From assembly GCF_009914755.1 (NCBI RefSeq), contig NC_060941.1: a stretch of 64,000 nucleotides of DNA. One strand, 5' to 3'. Under the pieces are notes generated by a model. The model was given only the letters and a program-made list of their open reading frames with translations. It searched no databases and had not been told where the DNA came from. Position numbers and translations under genes: made by a program. The stretch comes from the human T2T-CHM13v2.0 reference genome, Homo sapiens. How positions within the stretch are numbered: the stretch's first letter is position 1; every line of letters starts with the position of its first letter. Shown one piece after another: positions 52,067 to 64,000 of this stretch.

Positions 52067-52823
52067 GAGCTTTTTGATGCCTAATATTCTACTGCTTCCC
52101 ACTGGTTAAAATACAAATTGTCTCCTGCAAAGATGCTGAGTTTGTGAGGCTGAACATTGCCTGTAACTCAGTTGTGAGGCTGTTGACTGAGAACTGGTTT
52201 TTAGGGAGAGAGGGAGGAGACCCAGAAAACAGTGGGAAGCAAGTGGGGGCTGTCTCCATGGAGTGAAAGCTGCCCAGCAAAGGGTGCAGCTGTGGTCATA
52301 GGGTGGGGATGGGAAGGCAGACTCTGGCTGGCTCACTCTGCCTTCTGAGAATGTAAAGGGCCTTTCGAAAAGACCTCCCTAGCCCCCCACCCTCGGCAGC
52401 ACCACCCACCAGCCCCTTCCGGTGGACTTCACACCTGCACGGCACCTCCTGGCTCTCATTCATCCTGCCCTTCTTCTTCCAGCAGGTGGGAGGGTCAGAC
52501 TCAGAGGAGGGAGCATTCCCAGGAGCCTCCAACCCTCTGCCCACCGCCCTACTGCAGGAGTTGCAGATCTTGGGGGTCTCTCAGTGGGGGAAATCAGCCC
52601 AGGTGGGACTTGAGGAAGAGGAGAAGGCCAGCCATCTGGATGGCCTGAACCCAGTCACTGACTTAGGGCTGCCAGTGACCTCTGTGGTGGGAACAGGTGA
52701 CCTAGAACACACTGGTTTGGTCCCAGTTCAAGAAGTAATTAGATATGCTCTCAAAGAAGTCCCCAAAGCTTTAATTAAACTCCAATAAAAGTGAGGCTCA
52801 GTCCCTTTGTTGCATGAGCTTCA

Positions 52824-53398
<575 letters not shown>

Positions 53399-54230
53399 TC
53401 ATCAGCAAGGTGGCCTGTGCCCAAGCTGCTGGACAAACCCTCTTCACCACAGCCACTCCCAGGGAGTCAGAAGGTGGGGCTCCAGGGAAAGCCAAAGCCT
53501 CTTGATCAGGCAGCAGGCAGGGGGGCCACCAGCTGTCACTCAGGTGTCCCACCTAGTCTAAGAGCAAATACAAGAAAAAGAAGAAACCAGCCCCACAGAC
53601 AGAGTCACAAGACAGGAGTGGCCTCAGCACAGAGCCAAGAGGGGCAGAGGTGCCGCCGGAGGGACAGCGGTGGCCGAGCAGAAGCCAGGGACCCCACACC
53701 ACCTGGCTCCTTGCAGCGCCAGAGGAGAGCTGTTCAGGGAGGGCCTTGGTGGGTTGGGACATGAGGTGTCTCAGGTCACGTCTCTGGGGAGTTGAGACGC
53801 CAGGAGAGCTCTGCTGGGCTGCCAGGAACCCTGACGTGAACTCAATAATAAAAGCAAACAAGAACTTTGCATGGAGGGTACAGCTTTGCTGGGGAGGGGA
53901 AAAATCCACAAAACTGATGGGGGATGCACCTGGACCCCTGGTCCCCCCTACCTGATGTAGTGACAAGTCCCCTCCTTAGGCCATATCTGGGAAGCCAAGA
54001 CAGAAGAAATCCACCCAGCCTTTCACCCCCTCCTGCGTCCTCGTCTCTGTGTGCGGCGGGCAGCTGGGCCTGGCCAGTCCCAATTCCCTCAATATGAGCC
54101 TGTCCCTCCCAGCCCTTCACTGCCCTCAGCTCCTTCCTCAGCCATTCCCACACGTCTGTGTTCTCCCCACGACTCCTTCTCTCCTCTCTTCCCACCCTCT
54201 CCTTGTGTGTCCTTTTAGCCATCACTTCTT

Positions 54231-54259
54231 AACAACAACAACGACAACAACAACAACAA
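54231..54259 (+). repeat. (AAC)n trinucleotide repeat
   Basis: AACAACAACAACGACAACAACAACAACAA. Confidence 0.9.
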
Positions 54260-56450
54260 GAGGTGCATCAGATCATCCGGATCCGATGGAGCTGTAACCA
54301 GATCCACACCAGAGGCCTCAGCATTGCCCTGACACACAGAGTCCGTCCGCCCACTGGGCTGCTCTCTCCTGGTCTCCAGGTTGGAATAGATCTACTCTTA
54401 TTGGCTCAGAAAGTAATGGGCTGAGAGAGGGAATTCTGAATACTTTAAAAAGGGAATGTGGGGGATGACCTGGGTGGGAGAGGGGAGGGAGGGAAACCAG
54501 AGGATGTTTTGCTCCCAGAACCCCGGCAGTGGCAGACTGTCTGCCAGAATACCGAGAAGCAGGTGGCCTGCTGTGAGCTCAGGGAGGGCTTTCCAGGGCT
54601 AGGGAGCCCTCCTGGGCTTCTCAAGTCTGCCTGGGCTGCAGTTCCTGGTCCTGAACCTTCCTTTCTTCCAGCATTTTCCTCCTAACCCTGGGGCATTCAT
54701 GATTTCTGTCCATCCTCTCAGGAGGGGACTGTTCACGATCTCTCTTCTCTCTCTTTGTATTTTCTGGAACACGGAAAGTGCTTCTGACAGGTGTATCACA
54801 TCTTCTGCAATCATAACACTCTTGCCCCTCGGAGGTGGCGGAGGTGGCCCACGGCCCCCATGCCCGCCCAGTGCCAAGCTCACACACAGCACCCCCTGCC
54901 TTCTCTGTCTTCACCCCTTCCCACGTGCTTTCTCTCCTCCACACTTCCCTGACTCCGCTGGAGGCTGGGGGAGATTGACGAAGAGCCTGGGGCAGACTTG
55001 GGCAAACTTCTTGAAAAGTTGCCTTCTACTTTCAGGCCTCCTCTCTCTGCGTCTCCGCCCCTGCAGGAGAACCCAAATGCTCAGCTTCATGCTGACACCA
55101 CCTTCTCTCTACAGTTACTGTCTCATCCTCCTCCTCCTGCCGGCTTCACTCACAGCTGTCACAGTCCTGGGGTGCTGACACACATCTCTGGAATCTCAGC
55201 AGTCATTACCAGGAGAATGACCTCGGTCCCCTGGGTGCACTGACAGGCTTCCCTGGCATGGGGGGTAGAGTAGGGAGGGCCCAGGAAAGGAGGGCTCTGG
55301 AGGAAGACACCCCGGGGTGTGGTGTGATCCCTGCATCTGAGCTGGACTGTGCTCTGTCCCGCTGTATCATCTACAGGGGCCTCTTATCCACAGCAAAACG
55401 GGAGGAGCCTGGAAACAGAGTGGGATTGGCAGGAGAGGCAGCCCTGGGTAACTCTGGGGCTGTGTCGGGTACCACGCTCACGTATAATAACAGATGACTC
55501 TGTTTCCCCAGCCCCTGAAAGCCCCCTCTGTGCTCACGGCAGACCACTCACTCCTCTGTATCCTGGTAGAGTCTGCCACTGCTAGGGGTGCTGGGAGCAA
55601 TCCCTTATATAAGCGCAGAGCCATACAGCTTACGAAAATTTCACCAACACCATCTCACGAATTCTTACAACAACCCCGTGGGACGGTTATGACTATGTCA
55701 GTGTTACATCCGGGAAGAGTGAGGCCCAGGCCAGGGGCTTGCCGCAGATCGCCTGGCTTGAGCCCACACAGCAGACACCACCCCAGTCCCACCTCCCTCC
55801 TGCTCTTTTATTCCAGCCTTGGCTGTGCGTGTCAGAGCGCACAGCTGTGATCCAACAGCCCCTCGCCCTAACACGCTGCACAGCACTGCCCGCCCTGGGG
55901 CTCTTCTGTTACTGCCACGTGGGACTCCTGCAGAGCACACTCAGCCATGCAGATGCACTACCATGCCTGGTGGTGAAAAGGCCTTAATACCACTGTGTGG
56001 GGCAGTCCTTGGCTGGACGGGGAGAGGACCTGGTGAATAAGCCATACATGGAGCCCCGAGGGGCTAAGCCCCCAGCGCCCACAGTGGTCTCAGCTCAGTA
56101 ACGCACCCTTGGATTCCTTCTCCTTTCCCTATTTTACTCTCCCCAGTGCCCCTCCCTCCTGTGCACTTCCCAAAATATGCTACCTGCATGCGAGCACTTC
56201 TCTCGGGGCCTGGATTTTGGGGGCTCCCAAGCTAAGGCAGTTTGTTCCTAAGATGCCTAGAAAGTGGCCCCTCGGGATAGGATTCTGGAGTGGGGCCAGA
56301 CATTGCTAAGGACCACGCTGCTGGTGACAGATGGGGCTGTGACAACCCCTGGCCTGTGGGGGCACTGTGATTACATAGACCCTCACTGGCAGAGGATGGG
56401 GAAGAGGGGCAGGTGGAGGTGAAGCATCTGGCTATGCTGTTCCTGTGGCA

Positions 56451-56801
56451 GTGGTTTGAGGGTGAAGGGGCGTGTAAGGACTGTGGGGGTGGGTGGAGGG
56501 CGAAGGGGCGTGTAAGGACTGTGGGGGTGGGTGGAGGGCGAAGGGGCGTGTAAGGACTGTGGGGGTGGGTGGAGGGCGAAGGGGCGTGTAAGGACTGTGG
56601 GGGTGGGTGGAGGGCGAAGGGGCGTGTAAGGACTGTGGGGGTGGTTGGAGGGTGAAGGGGCGTGTAAGGACTGTGGGGGTGGGTGGAGGGTGAAGGGGCG
56701 TGTAAGGACTGTGGGGGTGGGTGGAGGGTGAAGGGGTGTGTAAGGACTGTGGGGGTGGGTGGAGGGTGAAGGGGCGTGTAAGGACTGTGGGGGTGGTTGG
56801 A
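56451..56801 (+). repeat. VNTR, 9 copies of 38 bp GGGTGGAGGGYGAAGGGGCGTGTAAGGACTGTGGGGGT
   Basis: GTAAGGACT recurs every 38 bp from 56474 to 56778. Confidence 0.97.
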
Positions 56802-57395
56802 TTTATTAATGGACTTAGAAGCTTTGAAAAAGGAAAACAACTGTCTCAAGCTAGCTGACTGTCAACACAGGGCCCCTGGCCTTCATGGAAATATGTAACT
56901 AGACCTTTGTCTCCTAAAGCCCAGGAAGTAATTGTCACCAATTAGTTTTTGGTGTACCAATTGTACACCAATTGTACCAATTACAATTGACACCAATCAG
57001 AGTCACCAAGGAGCCTGAACCCACGGACATGGCACTTCTCCCCTGACGAAGTCCAAGCACCGTAGGAAAGAGTGAGACCCTGGGATGAGAACGTTTGTGT
57101 GGATGAGCCTGAGAACTTTGCACCCCTAAATTCCCTGAACGCTCTGGGCTGGTGGAAGTGGCCCCTTCCATCTTTGCTAAGAGAAAGCAGACTTTTCTCA
57201 CCTGGAGAACCAGCAAAGACCTCAACTGAGAAATTTTCTCATGAGATAACACTTGTCCCCCACTGAGAGCTGCCCCTACTTCCCCTACTGCCATGACAGC
57301 AATAGCTAGAGTTGGGGTTCAGCACAGGCCAAGGGGGCAACAGCCCCAGCTCAGGAAGAAAACAGCCACACACCCAAAAAGCTCCAAGACCCAGT

Positions 57396-57479
57396 GGATA
57401 CACACCAGTGGACGCCGGGGAGCGGACACACACCAGCGGGCGCCGGGGAGCGGGTACACACCAGCGGGTGCCGGGGAGC
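57396..57479 (+). repeat. CpG-rich 28-bp tandem repeat x3
   Basis: GGRYACACACCAGYGGRYGCCGGGGAGC x3. Confidence 0.9.
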
Positions 57480-58779
57480 AGGGGGCGTAGGTGGGGTTGG
57501 GGCAGAATGTAAGTCTGAACAGAGGAGAGATTACTGACGTGAAAGTAACTTCTCATGACTCAGGGCTTAATATCCTGGAAAGGACACGCGTACCAGTCCA
57601 GTGAACAGCTCCTTGAAGCGCACACATACCGACAGCATTCAGTCAACGAGGTCGACGCGCTGGAACTACTTTGGTGGAGTATTAAAGAAGGGGTCCGAAG
57701 GCCCCAGATGCTGTGAACAGAGAACCCACTAGATGACTCTGTGTCCCAGAAGGGTATGGGGGACATTCCCTCCACTAAGGCAATAAAAAATGCAATTCTG
57801 GGGTGGGGGACCGCTGAGGCATTTGGAAAGCTTCTTGGTGAGTGCCTTCACTTAGGGTTGCCATTAGGAGATGCTGCCACTAACTGGGCTCCTTAGTATC
57901 AGTGAGGATGAGAAGATTCTAGAATAGCAGGGGCCAGATAGTTGCATTTAACCATCAGAGGCAAGTTGGAATTAAATACCACCGTGGTCAGCCAGGCTTT
58001 GGAGATGACCAGGGTGCTTTGAACTACAGAAGTCTGCAGCTAATAAGCCATGGTGTTCCTGGGGATGAAATGGATGGGTGGCCAAGTAGGGTATTGCTTG
58101 GCTTATATAGCCAGGAAAAAATCAAGAGCTAGAGAGCAGAGAACTCCTCAGTCATCACAACGGGAAACTGCAGTACCATATCCAGTTCCAGGTCTAAGGC
58201 AGTTCTCCAGTCAGAGCCCACTGGTGGAAGGAAGACCAGGTAGGGCTTAGGAATGCACTGCAATATTTATAATGATAGCATCCCCATCCTTCCCCAGATG
58301 GACCTGTGGATACTTGCCAGAGAACCTGTGTCCTGGGGAAGGGGACTAGCAGAAGTTTTGCAGGCAGGAGGATACATGGTTAGAGCAGACACTGATACCT
58401 GTGAAATGAAAACACCATCATTTCTGCCAGTTAGAGTGGGGGTCCACAGAAACCCAGGGATATATGACATCCTGAACCACATCCATCTTACAGCAGGTCT
58501 GTCAGGCTCATGGACCCATCCTGTGGTTTGTTCTCTGGTCTCTGAGTCTGCATTTGGATGGCTACACTTAGCATCTAGCATAACCTGAATATGAGTTCCC
58601 TGACGTAGGAGTGCCAAATGGGAGCCTATAAAACCTCCCTAACCCCCAGCTAAGACAGGAAATCAGAAAAAACAGTACACCCCAGGGAACTTGCAAAAAT
58701 TATATCCACTATCAAATACTTAAAGGAAGCAAGGATGAGGTCCCCATCCTATCCTTGTTCAATTCACCTACAAAACAGA

Positions 58780-59166
58780 ACCCTACAAAAACCAGATGAA
58801 TCAGAGTGGGTGATGGTGGATTACTGGAAACTTCACCAAGCAGCAGCCTCCAATTATTCACAGCAGTGTTGTATTTACTGGAATAGCTCGACAGAGCCTC
58901 TATTACTTGGTATATGGTGATTGATATGGAAAATGTATTTTCCAGTCCATGTCCATAAAGAGTCAAAAGCAGTTGGCTTTTTTTTTTTTTCCTTAAAGTA
59001 GTTTGCTTTTACATAGGAAGGACAGCAATACACATTTCCTATCTTGCTGCAAGGCTGCAATCATTCTCTTGCTCTTTTCCACAATATAGTCTGCAGGGAC
59101 CTTGGCCGTTGTGACATTCCAGAGAATATGCTCATCCGATACACTGAGGAAATCAGGCTCATTGAG
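58780..59166 (+). pseudogene. Degenerate ERVL reverse transcriptase relic
   Basis: Fragments LQKPDESEWVMVDYWKLHQ, WYMVIDMENVF and FAFT*EGQQYTFPILLQGCNHSLALFHNIVCRDL...YTEEIRLI resemble class III RT motifs (KPDGSWRM.VDYRKLN, IDLANAFF, QGQQYTF.VLPQG, YIDDI), with stops and frameshifts. Confidence 0.85.
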
Positions 59167-61772
59167 CTAGACGGGCAGGAAGGAGCAAGTCCAGCTAATG
59201 CCTGAGGAAGACCTGTGTGTCAGAGGGTGGGAGGTAAAGCCTAGCAAGAAGGTCTACAGCTTGCCACGTCAATGAAATATTTAGAGTCTGGGGCTTTCTG
59301 GAACATCCCCTTGAAGATCATGTAAAAGCAAATCATTGCACTCCTTCCACCAAGAGAGGGGCACAGAACTTGGTGGCCTCTTTGGATGCTGGAGGCAGCA
59401 AATATTCCCCTTGGGAATACAGCTCTAGCCTAACACTTCCAAAGGCTATCCGTTTTGAGTAGGTCCCAGAGCAAACGAGGGCTCTATAGCAGGTCCAAGA
59501 TGCAGTGACATCATCCCAGTGGTGCCCGACGTACACTGTGGCGGATAAGGCTGTGTGAGGAGTCTCCGGCAAGTCTCATTGAGAGACACAGCACTGACTC
59601 CTCAAGATGGTTGAGGCTGGCCGTCATCTTGAAGACTCTGTGATGAGCTGGACATAGTACAGGGGTGCAAGAAGTGGGCGGGAGCCTCCTGTGTCTACCT
59701 TGTCTCCTCTAAGCCCTGCTTTTCACTCCAGACTTTGCTGCAGCCATCAGCTGTCCACAGATGTAGCCTGAAGACAACTTGACTTAGTGAGTCTCTCCAG
59801 GCCACCACTGCTCAGCTGTCCCCTGGCAGGAACAAACCTGAATGTGCTGGCCAGTTAACACCCCATGGTGCACCCTGCGCTGTGGGCTATGGCAGCTGGT
59901 GGATGCAACCTTCCCTCTTCTATCCCTCAGGTGGGCAGCTCAGAAAGTGCCTTCTACACCACTCCTCAGAGAAGTCCTAACTGGATTGAGTCTTGGAACC
60001 ACTCCCCATCTCATTGACTCAATAGTACACCTGGAATGGCTTTCTTCCTCCCCATTTCACTTTTCCCAGCCCCCTTTCCTTTGGCTCATTTCCCAAAATA
60101 AACCTCCTGCATGCAAGCCCTTGTCTCAAACTCTGCTTTGGGAAGAAAACTCTAGACTAAGACAGACAAGATTTGAAATCTGAAGTTTCCCATGCAAAGA
60201 AAAAAGCCATGCAAGTTTTCTCTGTTTGCCTGTCTCCCCAGTAGAAGAGTTTCCAAATGCTTACTGGGTTAAAAGTGCCTCTGCCTAATATTATAATTAG
60301 TAGGGTTGTTTTACGATTCAGAAAACAGAGGAAAGTATGAAGAAGATTATCACCCATGGTCTAATGAGCTTATTGGGCTTAATGGTTCATATTTAACAGG
60401 AATGAAACGCTCCTTTCCCATGTCACCAGGACAGGTACAGAGTTGAAACTTCCTCTCCATGTGCCCAAACTCACTGCTGGACCTGAGTGAGGCCCCCAGT
60501 GTCCCTCGATTAGCCACCTGCTCAGTGGCCTGAGGCCAGAGTCAGGGAGCTACGGTCAGAGGTGCCTGGATGCTGCTCCACCCCTAGCGAGGCCTGCACT
60601 GTTCCCAGCGTGGCACCAGGGCCCCTTGCAAGCTTTACCAAGAAGCCTCTCGGGTTATTCCCTGTGGCCAGGCTAGGGCTGGGTCCCTGGGCCTATGGGC
60701 TGTGGGGTCAGCCCACTGGGCAAAGGGATCTGGGATTTCTTGGGACAAGCTCCAGGAACAGGAAACTTTGGAACACGCCCTCCTCTCGCGGGCCTAAGCT
60801 CCCTTCCCTTTTCTAGGGGGGTGTCTGCAAGTCTCTGTGCTGCCCTCTGGGGAGGACTGGCCTTCAGGAACTTTCCCGTCGGCCACTTGGAGACTGGGGT
60901 GCACACCAGGGCACCTCCAGGCAGCGCCTCCTGCACGCTCACACCTCCTTTCCCTCCCCTTCTCTCTTCTTGCTCATCCTCAGCTCTTTTGCGGCCAGCC
61001 AGTCTTGCCCCCAAAAGGAGGAATGGTTATTTCTTTAGCTATACAATTAATCAATGTTTTGGCCCTTTCTTTTAAAACAATATGGGCCACAAGTCCGGGA
61101 CCGCGGGAGCCTCGGCAAGCCTCGGCTGGGCTGGGTGAAAGGTGGCCCTTCTCTGGCCAGCTCTTGGTGTCTCCCTCCCTTTGTTCTCCCCTCACGCCCT
61201 TCTTCCTGCGTCTGGAGGGAAAGGCTTATTTACAGTCACTGCAGAAACACTCCCTCTCCCCTCTGTTGGTAGAACCACAACCAAGCGGATACAGCAGAGC
61301 TGAGATGCTGCTGGCAGTGCGGGTCTCCAGCTGTCAGCCCCGAGCTGTGGCTCTCAAGACAGGATTCAGGCACAGAACCAAGACTCTTGGTCCTTCCTGC
61401 CCAGCCAGGCTGTCTCTGTCACACACACACCCGGCCAGGCCATCCCAGCCAATAGCCAAAGGCCTCGACCGCCTGGAAACCAAAGGGGCTCCCCTCGGCC
61501 CTCCAAGCAGTCCGGGGAAGGGGTGGGGCTGGGAGTCAGTCGGGAAGGTTGGGTCAAGGAAGAGAAAAGAGGCACTTGCCTTCTGCTGGGGTCTCCAACC
61601 CCTGGCTGACTTCTCTCTTGGGATGACTTCCAGCTTCTGGCTGTTTCCCCAGGTGGTATCTTTGAAAACACGGTCAGCTGTTCATCTTCTCATGGAAGTG
61701 TGGGTGCCAGGCAAGTGGCATTGAGCAACCTTGAGTGAAAGATGCCCACCTGGCTGGTGGAGGCCCTTCCCG

Positions 61773-61810
61773 GGCAGAGGCAGAGGCAGAGGCAGAGGCA
61801 GAGGCAGAGG
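61773..61810 (+). repeat. (GGCAGA)6 hexanucleotide repeat
   Basis: Six perfect units. Confidence 0.95.
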
Positions 61811-61881
61811 GGAGGCTCTTGGTGGAGAGATGTTGTCTGAAGCCAGAATTATTCTGACCGTGTCCCCACGCTTGCTCCTAG

Positions 61882-62255
<374 letters not shown>

Positions 62256-62848
62256 CCTGGCTGCTCTTTCTGTACGTGCCCATTCCTCCCCTCTCCCACC
62301 AGGCCACCCATGTGAGTTGTGGTTGGTGATGTGGCTGGGCCAGCCCTCCTGCACAAGGCCTTCTGTGATGTGCCCCCATCCCAGGAGCAGGCCAGTGCCT
62401 CCTTCTGGGTGCCCACATTGTTTGAACCCCATCACCATGTTTGCACCTGCTCTGTAACTATTAATGCACAGCTCCGGGACCTCCCAGGGGGCAGGGACAA
62501 GGCTTCATCCCTGTTGTGTCTCCAGGGCTGAGTGTGGCAGGCAGGACAGAGGCACTCGGGACACACCCATTGAACCAAACGGAACTCCCACTTCCAAAGC
62601 ACCATGGAACAAAATGTGGCCGGCACCGCAGGTGTGGCCTCTCATTCCCCATACTGGGGACTTGACTTTCTCCTCCTCTAGGCAGTGAGCACCTCTGCAG
62701 AGAGATGAACCACCTCGGTACCCCAGTGTCCAGCATAGGTGTCTGCACATAGTACCTGTCCCATAAAAATAAGCAGGACGAGGTTGCCTGCAGAGACACA
62801 GCAAGAGGTGGGGTGCATGGCTCACATGTGCTATGAAAGGACGGCGCT

Positions 62849-63195
<347 letters not shown>

Positions 63196-63379
63196 TTAGC
63201 AAATCCTGCAAAAACAACAGACACACAGGCTCAGCTTCTGCCCTGGCTAGATAACCTCTGGAGCCCGAGGGAAGAGTGTACCTGCCTGGGGGGAGGGATA
63301 TGGAGTGGGGAGTGCAGGGGGCCACCCGGTTAGGGCAATGGGCAGGTGCCTGGTCAAGGAGGGAGGCTATTCTTTTGTG

Positions 63380-63785
63380 AACTTTTTTTATTTCTTCAGT
63401 GTTTTTTCAGAGTTGGACCCCCGGCGTCTTCACGCTAATGCCACCGTCTTCATTTCTCTCTGGCTGCATCTGCTCTTCATCTCCATGCGGTTATAGTTTT
63501 CACCTCGCTGTAATCAGGGGTCCTGCTTTTTCACTTGATGATATACAGAGACGGCTTCCCTTGTACGGGGACTTCCTACCCATCAGGTCTCACGGCCGCA
63601 CAATATCCCATCGAGTGCCCGCCGCATACTTCACGTAACTATCCCTTTACGACGGACAGGTAAGATGATGCCAGAGGGGTTTCTTCTGCTGCTATAAATA
63701 TCTTGGCACGTCCAGCTTTTTTCATCTTTTGAATTATTTCTCAGGGATATGGTCCCGGGGCGGGATTATGGAATTGAAGGGTCGG
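63380..63785 (-). mobile_element. Old L1M(E)-type fragment
   Basis: TCCTGCTTTTTCACTT...GGCCGCACAATATCCCATCG...ATAAATATCTTGGCAC...GAATTATTTC..AGGGATA resemble antisense L1M 3' regions. Confidence 0.5.
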
Positions 63786-64000
63786 GTGGCTCTTGTCCTG
63801 TTCTGCCAGTTGCCCTTCAAGAGATGGGGCTGGGGTAGGTGATGTGGAGGAGTGCCCTACCACCCTCCATCTGCACGTCTGGTGCCTGGTGGGGATGTGC
63901 AGCATGGGCAGAGGGTGCAGCCCGCAGCAGGAGCTCCCAAACACAATGAGGGTGCCGAGTTTTGGAGTTTCCAACACCTTCTCCAGCGTCCGGTGATCTC

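Larger units (their letters stand above)
55780..60164 (+). mobile_element. Decayed ERVL-class provirus (LTR33-like LTRs with HERV16/ERV3-16A3-like interior), antisense to the host gene
   Basis: 5' LTR ~55780-56239 ends CCCAAGCTAAGGCA; 3' LTR ~59670-60164 ends CTAGACTAAGACA. Both carry LTR33-type motifs (CAGCTCAGTAACGCACCCTT; GTTAACACCCCATGG; CCCAAAATA..C..CCTGCATGC). Gag and pol relics lie between them. Subfamily names are from recall. Confidence 0.75.

Noticed and set aside
60837-61724. 295-aa plus-strand ORF
   Set aside because: No recognisable family motif or supporting gene structure
61773-61810. (GGCAGA)6 encoding poly-GR as a repeat-expansion-type locus
   Set aside because: Only six units, with no evidence of expansion or translation

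Overview
This is GC-rich primate DNA, most likely human, judged by its AluS/AluY, MIR, L2, MER33/MER58, MLT1 and ERVL repeats. It is almost entirely intronic. The one convincing coding sequence is a 105-nt minus-strand exon inside a CpG island (~35.5-37.2 kb). It encodes MLCSMANSGCLLLSNSGSMLQHSVPCPPAFLYLQQ and ends at a phase-0 CAG|GTAAGC donor. From memory I recognise it as an internal alternative first coding exon of RBFOX3 (NeuN); this is recall, not a database hit, and the downstream coding exons lie outside the window. Other content: 11 Alus plus a FLAM, a decayed two-LTR ERVL-class provirus (~55.8-60.2 kb) with reverse-transcriptase relics, several VNTRs and microsatellites, a near-perfect RE1/REST site, and AT-rich homeodomain-motif islands. 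The remaining six-frame ORFs are best explained by GC content and repeats. I found no prokaryote-type system (CRISPR, operon, IS). The best candidate for an undescribed system is an inferred regulatory module around the internal promoter: the alternative N-terminus with a uORF and tandem ATGs, ten RBFOX-binding UGCAUG motifs in the downstream intron, candidate cryptic exons, and upstream RE1 and triplicated ETS sites.
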